DNA of 64,000 bases, from the IMG/VR virus record IMGVR_UViG_3300044859_002168, positions 1-64,000 of that record; one strand, given 5' to 3'. The stretch is from a virus. How positions within the stretch are numbered: the stretch's first letter is position 1; each line of letters begins with the position of its first letter. A model generated the notes under the pieces. It was not told the origin of the DNA and ran no database searches. It saw only the letters and a program-made list of their open reading frames with translations. Below are positions 38,043 to 51,286 of the stretch, in pieces. Position numbers and translations under genes: made by a program.

Positions 38043-39071
38043 TTATTCAACTCTTATGATAAAATAAAGAACACCCTCTACTTTTTGTTCATCAACTTTG
38101 CCATCATAATGAGACATTATCTCATAACCATCACTATCAATCCACCCTTCAATTAACTCATCTTCATTAATAAAGTTTGAAAGTTCTAAATCCCATTCCC
38201 TAATAAAACTTAAACTATCGTCCATAACATCATTTACCCTCTCCTCAATTATTTGGTTAATTAAATCATCAGGAAAATCACCTTCAGGACTTTCTTCTAT
38301 TTCTTCTATCTTTTGCTCAAACTCATAGATGGCATTATCTTCCAATTGGGATATTTTATTTTCAAATACCCCACGTAATTCTCTTGGCGACTTTTCCATT
38401 AATTGTTGCAAATTAACAATCTCACCCTTAACTTTTTCAATCTGATAATTTAAATACTTTATTTCATTATCTTGAACATATGAAGTTTCTCTCTGTGACT
38501 CGTCCAACCAACTTTCAGGGTCTTGGTAAATCAAATCATTGTACATGTCCTCAGCATATCTTTGAACACTATCATCATCAATATAATTTTCAAGAAAACT
38601 TTTTGAGAAAAAATTTATACCCTCACTTTCAATAATTTGTTTGGCGTATTCCTCAGCAGACCACTTTAATTCTCTTTCATTACCTATTGCATATTGGCTA
38701 TTGTCCCATGAAGTTTCAAAAATTTCCATATTACTATAGAATTCTTCATTTTTTGGGGTAATATCGTACACATCGTAATAATCATCAAACTCAGATAACT
38801 CTTCATCAATTTGTTCTAACTGTTGTTGTAAACTAGTCTTTAACCCTTGAGTGTCATTCTGTATTTCATCCTCAATTTGACTTTTTCTTAACTCAAGTTG
38901 TTTTTTTCTTTCTTTACCTTCTTCATCCAATGCATTTATCTCATTACTATACACCAAATGGTCAAATAAAGCATGTGCCATTAATCCTTCTTTGGGACAA
39001 TCAGGTCCTAATTTCCACAGGTCCTTCTCTCTTCTTAATTCTGCACTGATATTATTTACTTCTGAACTCAT
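38043..39071 (-). CDS. Acidic coiled-coil hypothetical protein
   Basis: Long ORF; TATTTAT upstream. Confidence 0.8.
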   Translation of the reverse strand: MSSEVNNISAELRREKDLWKLGPDCPKEGLMAHALFDHLVYSNEINALDEEGKERKKQLELRKSQIEDEIQNDTQGLKTSLQQQLEQIDEELSEFDDYYDVYDITPKNEEFYSNMEIFETSWDNSQYAIGNERELKWSAEEYAKQIIESEGINFFSKSFLENYIDDDSVQRYAEDMYNDLIYQDPESWLDESQRETSYVQDNEIKYLNYQIEKVKGEIVNLQQLMEKSPRELRGVFENKISQLEDNAIYEFEQKIEEIEESPEGDFPDDLINQIIEERVNDVMDDSLSFIREWDLELSNFINEDELIEGWIDSDGYEIMSHYDGKVDEQKVEGVLYFIIRVE

Positions 39072-39137
39072 TACAATTGATAAATATTAGGATATGTTTA
39101 TATTTATAATCAATAAACCTTTAATTTAAATAAAGTC

Positions 39138-39281
39138 ATGGGATGCGGTTGTAAAAACAAAAACAACACTAACACAAATCAGATTCAAGCGCCAGTGGTT
39201 AAACCCCAGGCTCAACCTGTTAATGAAAACATCAAAGATGCCATTAAAAGAACAGTAGAAAAGTATTACGTAAAGAAATAA
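39138..39281 (+). CDS. 47-aa protein starting MGCGCK
   Basis: Manual translation; TATTTATA upstream, terminator at 39306-39332. Confidence 0.75.
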   Translation: MGCGCKNKNNTNTNQIQAPVVKPQAQPVNENIKDAIKRTVEKYYVKK

Positions 39282-39346
39282 ACTAATCTGAGATGTTTTT
39301 TAGTGAAGGGTGGAGAAATCTACCCTTTTTTTGTATTTATAAAAAT

Positions 39347-40336
39347 ATGGCACTTATTGATTTAGCAATTAAAGATTTCAACGAGGGTGATTACGACCTA
39401 ATTGAAACAGCATTTAATGGCGATATATTCTCATTCTTTAATTATGCTGATAAAAGAGGTAAATTTGATGAAATTATTGCCGATGATTATAATCACAACG
39501 ATTATGAAAACGATTACACTCTGTGGGTTTCTAATAACAAACCAGAAATTTTCCGTAAACTTATTGAAGACAAATTATCCGATGTGAAATACATTGATGG
39601 TAAATGGTATTTTATAACATCTGATAGGGGAGATTTATCCAAACTTTATTGTGACAGTAGAGATATTAGTCGTGAAACAATAGAATCTATATTGTCAGGA
39701 GAATATGATAGTTCTGATTATTGGGATTCAGGAATAGATGTCTATGACAACGTAATTGATGATTTAAATGACCAAAACAAACAAACTTTAATTGAAAAAT
39801 TATTAGAGGAATTGAAAGATGAAAGAATTACACCGTCAACAGATTTATTAGAAGAAATTGCATCGTCACAAGGTCATGATGAATATGTATCTTTAGATAC
39901 TGAAACATTAAATAGAATAATAGATGATAAAGATTCTATAAAAGAAATCCTACCCGATGATTTAGACAGTGAGTTAATAAGTTTATATTGGAGTGCATAT
40001 AATGCCGCATATGAAGATGAACTCTACAAATCTATTTGGGGTGAACTTGATTCTATATTTGAAGGTAATGGTGAATGGACTCAAACACCATCCCCTTTTG
40101 ATAAAAATAAATTTATCCAAGCATTTAAAATACCTTTTATTAATTTGGAATCAATTGTAAAAGATTATCTTGAGGATAATCTTAGATATAGAGATAGAAC
40201 CTTGGAGTATTGGGGTAACATCATTAATATAATAGATGATACTCACGATTGTTTAAGAGTTAGAGTCCCTGAATAGGCAGATTGGACTGATACTAAAGAA
40301 AATATTAATTCTCTTTACAACGATTACATTTCTTAA
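39347..40336 (+). CDS. Acidic hypothetical protein, probably interrupted by an in-frame TAG at 40274-40276
   Basis: Start MALIDL after TATTTATA; frame stays open 19 codons past the TAG to a TAA overlapping the convergent gene stop. Confidence 0.65.
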
Positions 40337-43300
40337 AGTAATCTTTTTTCTTTCGCCTTTACTACAAGTTTTTGAGCTCTGTCTTCAATTGAGTTAATAA
40401 TAACTTCTTGCTCTTTTAAAGCTTCAATACACACGGCAATCATCTCTTTGTATTTCATGGTGTAGTGTTTTTCTTCACTACCAGATACAAGTTCAGGGAA
40501 ATATGGTAAAACTTCTTGAGCAATAAAACCAATGTTTTTATGTCCAAGTTTTTCTTTATCATCCCAATTATAATAGAATTCAACACCACGAATTTTAATT
40601 AAATTTTCAAGTGCAGATTCAATAGGTTCAATGTTTGTCTTTAATCTAATGTCGGATGGTCCTGTAGGTCCTGTAGCACCTTGTGCACCCGTATTACCCG
40701 TGGCTCCTTGTGCTCCTGTAGCACCTTGAGCACCAAAAGTAGAACCTGCCTTTCCTTGAGCACCTGTAGGTCCTTGAGCACCACCTGCACCAGGTCCTTG
40801 AGCACCTGTTGCACCTTGGGAACCTGTAGGTGCGGTACCTGGAAAACCTTGAGCACCTTGAGCACCCGCACCTTCAGAAGGAAAACCTTGAGCACCTTGT
40901 GTACCAACCGCACCTTGAGCACCTTGTCCTCCTTGTGGTCCTTGAGCACCTTGTGGTCCTTGAGTTCCTTGTCCACCCGCAGCACCTGTTGAGCCACCTC
41001 CACCCTGAGAACCTTGTCCTCCTTGAGTACCCTGAGCACCTTGTCCTCCCTGAGCTCCTTGTGAACCTTGTCCTCCTTGAGTACCTTGAGCACCTTGACC
41101 TCCTTGAGAACCTTGTGAACCTTGAGCACCTGTAGAGCCACCTCCACCTTGCGAACCTTGTCCTCCCTGAGCTCCTTGTGAACCTGTAGCACCTCCACCA
41201 CCAGCACCACCTTGCGAACCTTGTCCTCCTTGAGCTCCTTGTGAACCTGTTGCACCTCCACCGCCAGTTCCTCCTTGAGCACCTTGTCCTCCTGTTGGTC
41301 CTGTGGCACCTTTACCTCCTTGTGAACCTTGTCCTCCTTGTGAACCTTGTCCTCCTGTTGGTCCTGTGTCACCTTTACCTCCTTGTGAACCTTGTCCTCC
41401 TTGTGAACCTTGTCCTCCTGTAGACCCCTGAGCACCTTGAGCACCTTGTCCTCCTTGTGAACCTTGAGCACCTTTACCACCTTGAGAACCTTGAGAACCT
41501 GTAGCACCTCCACCACCAGTCCCACCTTGAGAACCTTGACCTCCTTGTGAACCTTGTGAACCTTGAGCACCTGTGGAACCACCTCCACCTTGAGAACCTT
41601 GACCTCCTTGTGAACCTTGAGCACCACCTCCACCTTGAGAACCTTGACCTCCTTGAGTTCCTTGTCCTCCTTGAGAACCTTGTCCTCCTTGTCCTCCTTG
41701 AGTACCTTGTGAACCTTGAGCACCCTGACTACCAACACCACCTATCGAACCTTGAGCTCCCTGACCACCTTGAGTACCTTGGAAACCTTGTCCTCCTTGA
41801 GCCCCTTGATTACCTGTTGCTCCTTGTGAACCGGTCGCTCCTTGGAAACCTTGTCCACCCTGAGCTCCTTGGGAACCAACCGCACCTTGAGAACCTTGTC
41901 CTCCTTGAGAACCTTGTCCTCCTTGTGAACCGACCGCTCCTTGCGAACCTTGCCCTCCTTGAACACCCTGAGCACCTTGTCCTCCTTGAGAACCTGTAGC
42001 ACCTTGAGAACCCTGTCCTCCTTGAGTACCCTGAGCACCTTGTCCTCCTTGAGAACCTTGTGAACCAACCGCACCTTGTGAACCTTGAGCTCCCTGTACT
42101 CCTTGACCTCCTTGAGCACCTTGACCTCCTTGAGCACCTTGACCTCCTTGAGAACCTTGAACTCCTTGACCCCCTTGAGCTCCTTGTGAACCTATATTAC
42201 CTTGAGTTCCTTGAGTTCCTTGAGCTCCTTGTCCTCCTTGAGAACCTACAGGACCTTGAGCACCTTGTCCTCCCTGAGTTCCCTGAACACCTTGACCTCC
42301 TTGAGAACCTTGTGAACCTATATTACCTTGAGCACCCTGTCCTCCTTGAGCACCCTGTCCTCCTTGAGAACCTTGTCCTCCTTGTCCTCCTTGAGTACCT
42401 TGTGAACCTTGAGCCCCTTGACCTCCTTGAGCCCCAAGTGAACCAAGACTACCTTGTGAACCTTGACCTCCTTGAGTACCCTGTCCTCCTTGAGCGCCAA
42501 CAGCTCCTTGTGAACCTTGACCTCCTTGAGTACCTTGAGCACCTTGTCCTCCTTGAGCACCTTGAGCTCCAATAGAACCTTGAGCTCCAATAGCACCTTG
42601 CGAACCTTGTCCCCCTTGAGCACCTTGATTACCTGTTGCTCCTTGTGAACCAACCGCACCTTGAGCACCTTGTCCCCCTTGAGCACCTTGATTACCTGTT
42701 GCTCCTTGTGAACCAACCGCACCTTGTGAACCTTGTCCTCCCTGAGTACCTTGTGAACCTGTATTACCTTGAGCTCCAATAGGACCTTGAACACCCTGAG
42801 CGCCTTTAGCTCCTACATTACCTTGACTTCCTTGGCTTCCTTGACCTCCTTGAGCACCTTGACCTCCTTGAGCACCTTGCGAACCTACAGGACCTAAAAA
42901 TCCTTGAGAACCTTGAGCGCCATCCGCACCTACCGAACCTTGAGCACCTATACTACCTTGAGAACCTTGAGCACCCTGAGCTCCTTGTCCTCCTTGAGAA
43001 CCTTGTGAACCTATATTACCCTGAGAACCTTGAGCACCCTGAGCTCCTTGTCCCCCTTGTGAACCCTGTCCTCCCTGAGTACCTTGTGCTCCTTGAGTAC
43101 CTTGTGAACCCTGTCCTCCCTGAGTACCTTGTGAACCTACACTACCAACAGCACCTTGTGAACCTTGTCCCCCTTGAGAACCCTGTCCTCCTTGAGTACC
43201 TTGTGAACCTTGAGGTCCTTTTCCACCTTGAGCACCTTGTCCTCCTTGAGAACCAACATTACCTGTTGCACCTTGTGAACCAACATTACCTTGAGCACCT

Positions 43301-43632
43301 TTACCACCTTGAGAACCCTGAGCTCCCGCAGCACCTTGAGAACCCTGAGCTCCCGCAGCACCCTGAGCTCCTGTTGGTCCGGTATTTGCTGTACCCGTCC
43401 AAAGAGCATTATTAACTACCGTACCTGCAGTTGTTGCAATAGTACTAAAAACATAAAGATTGTTAAAAAACAACCTAAATTTAGGTGAGGTATTAATAAC
43501 TTTAAAATAAACAGTAGTACTGACTTTCCAATCAAGTACAGCACTGGAGTAAACCCAAGTTGCCTTAGTATTATTTGTATCATACAACTCAACAGTTGCA
43601 CTACCTGGTAATATAATGATATCCTTAGCCAC
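40333..43632 (-). CDS. Collagen-like fibre protein with C-terminal Peptidase S74 intramolecular chaperone
   Basis: ~900 aa of G-X-Q triplets (GAQ/GSQ/GGQ); [23 protein letters not shown]. Confidence 0.9.
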   Translation of the reverse strand: MAKDIIILPGSATVELYDTNNTKATWVYSSAVLDWKVSTTVYFKVINTSPKFRLFFNNLYVFSTIATTAGTVVNNALWTGTANTGPTGAQGAAGAQGSQGAAGAQGSQGGKGAQGNVGSQGATGNVGSQGGQGAQGGKGPQGSQGTQGGQGSQGGQGSQGAVGSVGSQGTQGGQGSQGTQGAQGTQGGQGSQGGQGAQGAQGSQGNIGSQGSQGGQGAQGAQGSQGSIGAQGSVGADGAQGSQGFLGPVGSQGAQGGQGAQGGQGSQGSQGNVGAKGAQGVQGPIGAQGNTGSQGTQGGQGSQGAVGSQGATGNQGAQGGQGAQGAVGSQGATGNQGAQGGQGSQGAIGAQGSIGAQGAQGGQGAQGTQGGQGSQGAVGAQGGQGTQGGQGSQGSLGSLGAQGGQGAQGSQGTQGGQGGQGSQGGQGAQGGQGAQGNIGSQGSQGGQGVQGTQGGQGAQGPVGSQGGQGAQGTQGTQGNIGSQGAQGGQGVQGSQGGQGAQGGQGAQGGQGVQGAQGSQGAVGSQGSQGGQGAQGTQGGQGSQGATGSQGGQGAQGVQGGQGSQGAVGSQGGQGSQGGQGSQGAVGSQGAQGGQGFQGATGSQGATGNQGAQGGQGFQGTQGGQGAQGSIGGVGSQGAQGSQGTQGGQGGQGSQGGQGTQGGQGSQGGGGAQGSQGGQGSQGGGGSTGAQGSQGSQGGQGSQGGTGGGGATGSQGSQGGKGAQGSQGGQGAQGAQGSTGGQGSQGGQGSQGGKGDTGPTGGQGSQGGQGSQGGKGATGPTGGQGAQGGTGGGGATGSQGAQGGQGSQGGAGGGGATGSQGAQGGQGSQGGGGSTGAQGSQGSQGGQGAQGTQGGQGSQGAQGGQGAQGTQGGQGSQGGGGSTGAAGGQGTQGPQGAQGPQGGQGAQGAVGTQGAQGFPSEGAGAQGAQGFPGTAPTGSQGATGAQGPGAGGAQGPTGAQGKAGSTFGAQGATGAQGATGNTGAQGATGPTGPSDIRLKTNIEPIESALENLIKIRGVEFYYNWDDKEKLGHKNIGFIAQEVLPYFPELVSGSEEKHYTMKYKEMIAVCIEALKEQEVIINSIEDRAQKLVVKAKEKRLL

Positions 43633-46600
43633 CTATTTTTGTACTTAAATCTTTAAGAAAATTATTCAACACTTCAACTCTTTTTTGGTTTTCAATTAAT
43701 GCTGATACACCAACCGAAACCAATAGTTCATATTGTAAATTCTTATAACCATATTTATCTGTCCAAACTAAATCTGGATATTTTTCTTCAATTTCTTGAG
43801 CAATAAATCCAAGATTCGTACCTGTAATTAGATATCTGTACTCTGGTAAATAATCTGATAATTGAGGAATGTCCTCAACCCAATCAAATTTAACACCTCT
43901 CATGCTAACAATGTTTTGTCTAACGTTTGTGAGAGGTTTAATATTTGTTTTATATCTGGCATCTGACGGTGGTCCTTGAGCACCTGTGGCACCTTGAGCA
44001 CCTTGTGGTCCTTTACCACCTTGAGCACCTGTACCTCCACTCGGTCCTTTTGCACCTTGAGAACCCTCAGCACCTTGAGCTCCGTTACCACTCGGTCCTT
44101 TTGTACCTTGAGCACCTTGTGAACCTTGTCCTCCTCCAGGTCCTTTTGGTCCTTGAGCACCTTGTGGGCCTGGCGTTGGTGGACCAATTGACCCTGCAGC
44201 ACCTATAGTTCCTTGAGCTCCTGTATTTCCCGTGGAACCTGTATTTCCCGCAGCACCTTGAGCACCCTGAGTAGAACTCGCGCTACCTTGAGCACCTTGG
44301 GCTCCTTGAGCTCCTGTATTAGCACCCTGAGCACCTTGTGCTCCTTGAGTTGTACTATTAGCTCCCTGAGCACCTGTATTACCTTGAGCACCTGTTGCAC
44401 CTTGAGTAGAACCTTGAGCTCCTTGAGCTCCTGTGGAACCTCCACCACCTTGTGAACCCTGAGCACCTGTAACACTACTTTGAGCTCCTTGAGCACCTTG
44501 TCCTCCTTGAGAACCTTGACCTCCTTGTGCACCTTGTACAGAACTTTGAGCTCCTTGAGCACCTTGTCCTCCTTGAGAACCTTGACCTCCTTGTGCACCT
44601 GTACTAGCCCCTTGAGCTCCTTGTGAACCCTGAGCACCTTGGGCACCTGTAGCACCTTGAGCTCCTGTACTAGCCCCTTGAGCTCCTTGTGAACCCTGAG
44701 CACCTTGTTTACCCGTAGCTCCTTGGTCACCTTGAACCGAACTTTGAGCACCCTGAGCACCTTGTCCACCTTGAGCACCTTGACCACCTTGAGCACCTGT
44801 ATTAGCACCTTGAGCTCCTTGTGCACCTGTTGAACCTCCACCACCTTGGGAACCCTGAGCACCTGTCACACTACTTTGAGCACCAGTACTTCCTTGTGAA
44901 CCCTGAGCACCTGTACTTCCTTGAGCACCTGTAGGTCCTCCTTGAGCACCTTGTGCTCCTTGAGAACCTTGTTTACCAACAGCACCTTGAGCACCTGTAA
45001 CTCCTCCTTGAGGACCTTGAGTACCTTGAGCACCTGTATTACCTGTAGCTCCTTGAGCGCCCGTATTACCTCCTTGAGCACCTGTACTACCTTGAGTACC
45101 TTGGGCTCCTTGAGCACCTTGGGCTCCTGTGTTAGCTCCTTGTGCCCCTTGTGCTCCTTGAGCTCCTTGAGCTCCTGTACTACCTTGAGCTCCTGTAACA
45201 CCACCTTGAGCTCCTTGAGCACCTTGAGCTCCCGTATTACCTGTGGCACCTTGAGCTCCCGTGGTTCCACCTTGAGCTCCTTGAGCACCTTGAGCTCCCG
45301 TATTACCTGTGGCACCTTGAGCTCCCGTGGTTCCACCTTGAGCTCCTTGAGCTCCTTGTCCTCCTTGAGCACCTGTAACTCCCGTAGCACCCGCAGTACC
45401 TCCTTGAGCACCTATATTACCTTGGGCACCTGTATTACCTGTCGCACCTTGGGCACCCTGTACAGAACTTTGTGCACCTTGAGCTCCTTGAGCTCCTTGT
45501 GAACCTGTATTACCTTGAGCACCTTGAGAAGCTCCTTGAGCTCCTTGAGCTCCTTGAGCACCTGTATTACCTGTAGCACCTTGAGCACCTTGGACGGAAC
45601 TTTGAGCTCCTTGAGCTCCTTGAGCTCCTTGAGCACCCGTACTACCTTGAGCACCTGTAACACCACCTTGAGCTCCTTGAGCACCTTGGGCACCTTGTTT
45701 ACCTATAGCTCCTTGAGCACCTGTACTAGCACCTTGAGCTCCTTGGAATCCTTGAGCACCTTGAGCACCCGTACTACCTTGAGCACCTGTAACACCACCT
45801 TGAGCTCCTTGAGCACCTTGAGCACCCGTGTTTCCTGTAGCACCTTGAGCACCTGTGACACTACTTTGAGCACCCACAGAACCTTGAGCACCTTGGGCTC
45901 CTTGAGCCCCTTGAGCTCCTGTGTTAGCTCCCTGAGCACCTTGAGCTCCTTTAGGTCCTTGAGCACCTTGAGCACCTTGAGCACCTGTATTAGCACCCTG
46001 AGCACCTTGGGAACCTGTTGGTCCTTGAGCTCCCTGAGCTCCTTGAGCTCCCGTACTAGCACCTTGAGCTCCTTGAGCTCCTTGTCCACCTTGTGAACCT
46101 TGCCCACCTTGAGCACCAGGAGTATCATCCGTACTACCCTGAGTACCTTGGGCTCCTTGTGCACCTGTACTACCTTGAGCTCCTGTACTCGCACCTTGAG
46201 CTCCCTGAGCACCTGTTGGTCCTTGAGAACCTTGTGCACCTGTTGGTCCGATTACAATACTCGCAGTTCCTTGACTACCTTGGGCACCTTGGGCACCTGT
46301 ATTACCTTGAGCACCCGTGCTAGCACCTTGAGCACCTTGGGCACCCTGAGCACCTTGGGCACCTGTATTACCTTGAGCACCTTGTGTGGAACTGTTAGCA
46401 CCTTGAGTTCCTTGAGCACCTTGGGCACCCGTTTTTCCTTGAGCACCTTGGACTGAACTTTGAGCACCTTGAGTACCTTGTGCACCTTGAGCTCCCTGAG
46501 CACCTGTATTACCTTGAGCTCCCGTACTAGCGCCCTGTGCACCTTGAGCACCTTGTGTACCCTGAGCTCCTTGAGCACCTGTGTTAGCCCCTTGGGCTCC

Positions 46601-47032
46601 CTGTCCACCTTGTGTACCTTGAGCACCTTGTCCTCCCTGAGAACCTTGAGCCCCTTGTGCTCCTTGGGGTCCTTGTGTACCTTGAGCTCCTGTTGGTCCT
46701 TGTGTACCTTGAGCTCCTTGAGCTCCTTTAATATTGGCTTGTGAACCTATCCATTCTCCAAGGTAGTTAATAATCTGAACATATGTAGAACTACCATCCC
46801 ACGCGTAAATACCTTCACCACTACTTAGGTCATTAACAGAAAAACCTTTAGAAGTGACTGCTTGAGTACCAATACTACCTACAGAAGAATCTGTGGATGA
46901 TGAAAATGTTAAATCACCATTAGCATTAACTTTTTGAACCAACTGATTACCAGTGGCATCCTCATAAATAATAAAAGGTACACCACCTGAAAAGGTGTTA
47001 CCTGAAGGGTATATTATAATATCATTAGCCAT
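43625..47032 (-). CDS. Collagen-like fibre protein (interrupted triplets) with S74 chaperone
   Basis: GAQ repeats with GANT/GAST/SSV interruptions; [26 protein letters not shown]. Confidence 0.9.
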   Translation of the reverse strand: MANDIIIYPSGNTFSGGVPFIIYEDATGNQLVQKVNANGDLTFSSSTDSSVGSIGTQAVTSKGFSVNDLSSGEGIYAWDGSSTYVQIINYLGEWIGSQANIKGAQGAQGTQGPTGAQGTQGPQGAQGAQGSQGGQGAQGTQGGQGAQGANTGAQGAQGTQGAQGAQGASTGAQGNTGAQGAQGAQGTQGAQSSVQGAQGKTGAQGAQGTQGANSSTQGAQGNTGAQGAQGAQGAQGASTGAQGNTGAQGAQGSQGTASIVIGPTGAQGSQGPTGAQGAQGASTGAQGSTGAQGAQGTQGSTDDTPGAQGGQGSQGGQGAQGAQGASTGAQGAQGAQGPTGSQGAQGANTGAQGAQGAQGPKGAQGAQGANTGAQGAQGAQGAQGSVGAQSSVTGAQGATGNTGAQGAQGAQGGVTGAQGSTGAQGAQGFQGAQGASTGAQGAIGKQGAQGAQGAQGGVTGAQGSTGAQGAQGAQGAQSSVQGAQGATGNTGAQGAQGAQGASQGAQGNTGSQGAQGAQGAQSSVQGAQGATGNTGAQGNIGAQGGTAGATGVTGAQGGQGAQGAQGGTTGAQGATGNTGAQGAQGAQGGTTGAQGATGNTGAQGAQGAQGGVTGAQGSTGAQGAQGAQGAQGANTGAQGAQGAQGTQGSTGAQGGNTGAQGATGNTGAQGTQGPQGGVTGAQGAVGKQGSQGAQGAQGGPTGAQGSTGAQGSQGSTGAQSSVTGAQGSQGGGGSTGAQGAQGANTGAQGGQGAQGGQGAQGAQSSVQGDQGATGKQGAQGSQGAQGASTGAQGATGAQGAQGSQGAQGASTGAQGGQGSQGGQGAQGAQSSVQGAQGGQGSQGGQGAQGAQSSVTGAQGSQGGGGSTGAQGAQGSTQGATGAQGNTGAQGANSTTQGAQGAQGANTGAQGAQGAQGSASSTQGAQGAAGNTGSTGNTGAQGTIGAAGSIGPPTPGPQGAQGPKGPGGGQGSQGAQGTKGPSGNGAQGAEGSQGAKGPSGGTGAQGGKGPQGAQGATGAQGPPSDARYKTNIKPLTNVRQNIVSMRGVKFDWVEDIPQLSDYLPEYRYLITGTNLGFIAQEIEEKYPDLVWTDKYGYKNLQYELLVSVGVSALIENQKRVEVLNNFLKDLSTKIGG

Positions 47033-50000
47033 TAGTAATTCTCAATATATTCCTCTAACATAGTTAATCTTTCATCAACAGATGCAATGTTATTTTGATG
47101 TTCTTTAATACCTTCCACTAAATATGCATTAAGTTGCGGATAAAGGATATAGTAATATCCATTTTCTCTCATTCTTACCACTTCAGGGATGTGTTCTCTA
47201 ACTTGTTGAGCAACAAATCCTAAAGAGTGTGTTTTGTTATTTTGAAGGTAATAATCATATTCAGGAGTATTTTCTGTCCAATCAAACTCAACAGGTTGTA
47301 ACATCATCAATTTTGTTAATGAGCCCTCTAAAGTTATAACTTCATTTTTAAGTCTTAAATCTGAGAAACAACATACCAACGTACAAGTTACATCTACAGT
47401 GGCTTGATACTCCGCTATTACCAAATTAATAAGACTATCACAACCAGAACAGTCATCTATATCATAAACTTTATCATTTGAGGTACAGTTAGGCATCATC
47501 ACATTCGAGTAAACATTTGGCATTCCCATCGGCGCTAGAAAATCACAATCTGGAAATAATCCAACAAAACCAACATCATAACACGCAGGTGCTGCTGGAG
47601 GCCCTGTCGCTCCTTGAGCACCTTGAGCTCCTTGAGGACCTTGTGTACCTGTTGCACCTTGGGCTCCTTGAAGACCTTGACCTCCTGTTTGTCCTTGAGC
47701 CCCTTGTGCACCAGGTGAACCAGGAATACCCGTACCACCTTGAGCCCCTTGAGCTCCTGTATTACCAACACTACCATTCACACCTTGAGCCCCTTGAGAA
47801 CCTTGCGACGGCAATCCGTCAGGACCTTGAGCGCCTTGTCCTCCGGTAGCACCTTGAGCACCAGGACTAATTCCTGTACCTCCTTGAGAACCTTGTCCTC
47901 CTGTTGGTCCAAAACCTCCTTGAGCACCTTGAGCACCTGTACTACCTTGAGGTCCAAGATTACCAGTATTACCTGTAGGTCCTTTACCACCTTGAGCACC
48001 TTGTGAACCTGTGTCACCTCCACCACCTGTGGGACCAACCGCACCTACAGAACCTACACCACCTTGAGAACCCTGAGCACCCGTGGAACCTTGAGGTCCT
48101 ATATTACCCGTAGCACCTGCATTACCTTGTGCTCCGGTATTACCTGTATTACCTTGAGGTCCTATATTACCCGTAGCACCTTGAGGTCCTTGTGCCCCGG
48201 TATTACCTGTATTACCTTGAGCTCCTGAATGACCTGTAGCGCCCTGAGCTCCTGTGGAACCTCCTCCACCAATAGCACCTTGTGCACCTGAATGACCTGT
48301 AGCACCCTGAGCTCCTGTGGAACCTCCTCCACCAATAGCACCTTGTGCACCGGTGTGTCCTTGAGCACCTGTGTTACCTTGTGAACCTACAGGTCCTGTA
48401 GCACCTGTCGGACCTATATTACCTTGAGCTCCCGTATTACCTTGAGCTCCCGTATTTCCTGTGGCACCTTGAGCACCTGTATGTCCTGTTGCACCGGCAC
48501 CACCTTGAGAACCTTGAGCTCCTGTAGAACCCTGTGGTCCTATGGCACCTGTATTACCTTGAGCACCCGTGGAACCTTGAAGTCCTGTTGCACCTTGTGG
48601 TCCTACCGCTCCTTGAGCTCCTTCATTACCAAATACACCTGTAGGTCCTGTAGCACCTTGTGGTCCTATTGGTCCTTGAGCACCTGTTGAACCTTGAGAA
48701 CCTTGTGGTCCCGTGGCTCCTTGAGGTCCAATAGACCCCGTACCACCCTGAGCACCTTGTGCACCTGTGTTTCCTGTTGCACCTTGAGCACCCGTGTTTC
48801 CTGTTGCACCCGTGTTTCCTGTTGCACCTTGTGGTCCCGTAGCACCTTGTGGTCCAATATTACCTTGAGCACCTGTTGAACCTTGAGAACCTGTTGGTCC
48901 TGTTGCACCTTGTGGTCCAATATTACCTTGAGCACCCGTTGAACCTTGAGAACCTTGTGGTCCGATGGCACCTTGTGGTCCGATATTACCTTGAGCACCC
49001 GTTGGTCCTTGAGCTCCTTGTGGACCTTTAGGTCCTTGTGGGCCAATTGACCCTTGGCTTCCTGTATTACCTTGAGAACCTGTTGGCCCTATATTTCCTG
49101 TCGGTCCAAGGTTACCTTGAGCACCGGTATTACCTTGAGCACCTTGTGGTCCTATATTACCTTGTGCACCTGTATTACCTTGAGCACCCGTTGAACCTTG
49201 AGAACCTGTTGGCCCTATATTCCCTGTGGGTCCAAGATTACCTTGAGCACCTATATTACCTTGAGCACCAACGTTACCTACATTACCTTGAAGTCCCACC
49301 GCTCCTTGAGCACCTTCATTACCAAATACACCGGTGTTACCAGTCGCTCCTTGAGCTCCTGTATTACCTTGAGCCCCTTGTGGTCCTTGAGCACCTTGTG
49401 GCCCCGTATTTCCTTGTGGTCCTAAAGCACCTTGAGCACCTGTATTACCTTGTGAACCCGTTGGTCCTGTAGCACCTGTTGGTCCTACAGCACCTTGTGC
49501 ACCTATATTACCTTGTGCACCCGTATTACCCGTGGCTCCTTGTGCTCCTGTATGTCCCGTGTTACCTTGAGCCCCTTGTGCACCAGTATTACCCGTAGCT
49601 CCCTGAGCACCTGTATGTCCTGTATTACCTTGAGCCCCTTGAGCACCGGTATTACCCGTGGCTCCTTGAGCACCTGTATTACCCTGAGCACCTGTATTAC
49701 CCTGAGCACCTGTATTACCCTGAGCACCTGGAGGACCAATAGGTCCTTGTGCACCTGTATTACCTTGTGCACCCGTATTACCCGTAGAACCTTGAGCTCC
49801 TGTATTGCCCGTAGAACCTTGTTTACCTTGAGCCCCTTGGTCTCCTTGAGCACCTTGGTTACCAATTTTACCTTGAGCACCTATAGCTCCTTGAGCACCT
49901 GTATTACCTGCAGCTCCTTGAGCACCTGTGTTACCTTGAGCACCTATGTTACCCTGTGCACCCGTTGGTCCTTGAGCTCCTGTAAGTCCTTGAGCTCCTT

Positions 50001-50595
50001 GAGCCCCGATATTACCCTGTGCACCCGTTGGTCCTACCGCACCTGTTGGCCCAATATTACCTGTTGCACCCTGTGCTCCGGTATTACCTTGAGCACCTGT
50101 ATTTCCTACGGCTCCTTGAGCACCTGTATTACCAATGTTACCTTGAGCACCTGTATTACCCGTAGCTCCTTGAGCACCTGTGTGTCCTGTATTGCCTTGA
50201 GCACCTTGAGCACCAACGTTTCCTTGAGCACCTGTATTACCCACATTACCCTGAGCACCAATATTACCTGTATTACCCTGAGCACCAGTATTACCCGTAG
50301 CGCCTTGAGCTCCAACAATATTTGTAGTTGGACCTACCCATCCTTTAGTACCATTTAAAACTTGAACACCATTAACAGATAAATTATCCGTAACGTTAAG
50401 ATTTCTAATAGTAAATTCGGTATCAGATAATTTGAATATTGTGTTAACTCCGACAATCCATTGGAAACTTGTTGTTGAACCACCTGTGGCAACCACACGA
50501 CCTGTCATTGATGCTGTTCCACCATCAAAATAAAAATAAGGAACTGTTATACTTGAACCATCCCCCTCGGGATAAATAGTAATATTTTTAGGCAT
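47032..50595 (-). CDS. Collagen-like fibre protein with Cys-rich domain and S74 chaperone
   Basis: GAQ/GNT/GPQ triplets; Cys-rich segment; [20 protein letters not shown]; TATTTATA at 50615. Confidence 0.9.
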   Translation of the reverse strand: MPKNITIYPEGDGSSITVPYFYFDGGTASMTGRVVATGGSTTSFQWIVGVNTIFKLSDTEFTIRNLNVTDNLSVNGVQVLNGTKGWVGPTTNIVGAQGATGNTGAQGNTGNIGAQGNVGNTGAQGNVGAQGAQGNTGHTGAQGATGNTGAQGNIGNTGAQGAVGNTGAQGNTGAQGATGNIGPTGAVGPTGAQGNIGAQGAQGLTGAQGPTGAQGNIGAQGNTGAQGAAGNTGAQGAIGAQGKIGNQGAQGDQGAQGKQGSTGNTGAQGSTGNTGAQGNTGAQGPIGPPGAQGNTGAQGNTGAQGNTGAQGATGNTGAQGAQGNTGHTGAQGATGNTGAQGAQGNTGHTGAQGATGNTGAQGNIGAQGAVGPTGATGPTGSQGNTGAQGALGPQGNTGPQGAQGPQGAQGNTGAQGATGNTGVFGNEGAQGAVGLQGNVGNVGAQGNIGAQGNLGPTGNIGPTGSQGSTGAQGNTGAQGNIGPQGAQGNTGAQGNLGPTGNIGPTGSQGNTGSQGSIGPQGPKGPQGAQGPTGAQGNIGPQGAIGPQGSQGSTGAQGNIGPQGATGPTGSQGSTGAQGNIGPQGATGPQGATGNTGATGNTGAQGATGNTGAQGAQGGTGSIGPQGATGPQGSQGSTGAQGPIGPQGATGPTGVFGNEGAQGAVGPQGATGLQGSTGAQGNTGAIGPQGSTGAQGSQGGAGATGHTGAQGATGNTGAQGNTGAQGNIGPTGATGPVGSQGNTGAQGHTGAQGAIGGGGSTGAQGATGHSGAQGAIGGGGSTGAQGATGHSGAQGNTGNTGAQGPQGATGNIGPQGNTGNTGAQGNAGATGNIGPQGSTGAQGSQGGVGSVGAVGPTGGGGDTGSQGAQGGKGPTGNTGNLGPQGSTGAQGAQGGFGPTGGQGSQGGTGISPGAQGATGGQGAQGPDGLPSQGSQGAQGVNGSVGNTGAQGAQGGTGIPGSPGAQGAQGQTGGQGLQGAQGATGTQGPQGAQGAQGATGPPAAPACYDVGFVGLFPDCDFLAPMGMPNVYSNVMMPNCTSNDKVYDIDDCSGCDSLINLVIAEYQATVDVTCTLVCCFSDLRLKNEVITLEGSLTKLMMLQPVEFDWTENTPEYDYYLQNNKTHSLGFVAQQVREHIPEVVRMRENGYYYILYPQLNAYLVEGIKEHQNNIASVDERLTMLEEYIENY

Positions 50596-50689
50596 ATTTG
50601 GATTTTATACTCTCTATAAATACAAGGAGTTTTAAAACAAATCAAGAAAAAACCATTAAAATAAAAAAGGATGGTCACCCATCCTTCAA

Positions 50690-50971
50690 TTATTTTATTA
50701 AATGTTTTTTTACTATGTCTAATGCCTCGGTGAGCTCATTATAATCTCTTTCGGGAGCATATAAAAATGATTTACGTTTTTCACCACCATCTTTAATAAT
50801 CATAAGTGCGGGTATGTAATCATTTTCAGTCGCTTCAACAAACAAATTATATTCATCAGAGTATTTGTCAATGTCTCGGTCAATGAATCTAATTTTGTTT
50901 TCTTTGAGCATGTCCTTAAACTCCGTGCAGAAAGGACATCCCTTCATAGTATAAACAACAACCGTGGTCAT
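50690..50971 (-). CDS. Glutaredoxin-like protein
   Basis: YTMKGCPFC; IPAL. Confidence 0.88.
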   Translation of the reverse strand: MTTVVVYTMKGCPFCTEFKDMLKENKIRFIDRDIDKYSDEYNLFVEATENDYIPALMIIKDGGEKRKSFLYAPERDYNELTEALDIVKKHLIK

Positions 50972-51282
50972 TAATACTGTTCCATAAGTTCCATTATCTG
51001 TTGTTGTGTCAAAACTCCTGAATTGGTTTTAACTACTTCACCATCTTTGAAAATTTTTACTGTAGGTACAGAACGGATTCCCATCTCTGATGTTAGTTCA
51101 CGGTCTGAATCCACATCATATTTGAACATCTCCATTGGGAGTTCTTGACCACTGTCTGCAAGTTTTTGCATATTTCCCATTAATACTTTACACGGCCCAC
51201 ACCAAGTGGCATACATGTCCAAAAAGAAAGTCTCTTTGTTTGAAATCTTTTCTCTAATCTCTTCTGCTGTAAGTTGTTTCAT
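50971..51282 (-). CDS. trxA: Thioredoxin
   Basis: ATWCGPCK; GIRSVPT. Confidence 0.92.
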   Translation of the reverse strand: MKQLTAEEIREKISNKETFFLDMYATWCGPCKVLMGNMQKLADSGQELPMEMFKYDVDSDRELTSEMGIRSVPTVKIFKDGEVVKTNSGVLTQQQIMELMEQY

Positions 51283-51286
51283 AATT

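Noticed and set aside
40640-50360. Dense 9-bp repeats (CCTTGAGCA) and many alternative-frame ORFs (VLKV, LEHL, STLS types)
   Set aside because: These are the codon pattern of Gly-Ala-Gln collagen triplets; there is no repeat-spacer structure, so not CRISPR, and the shadow ORFs are artefacts
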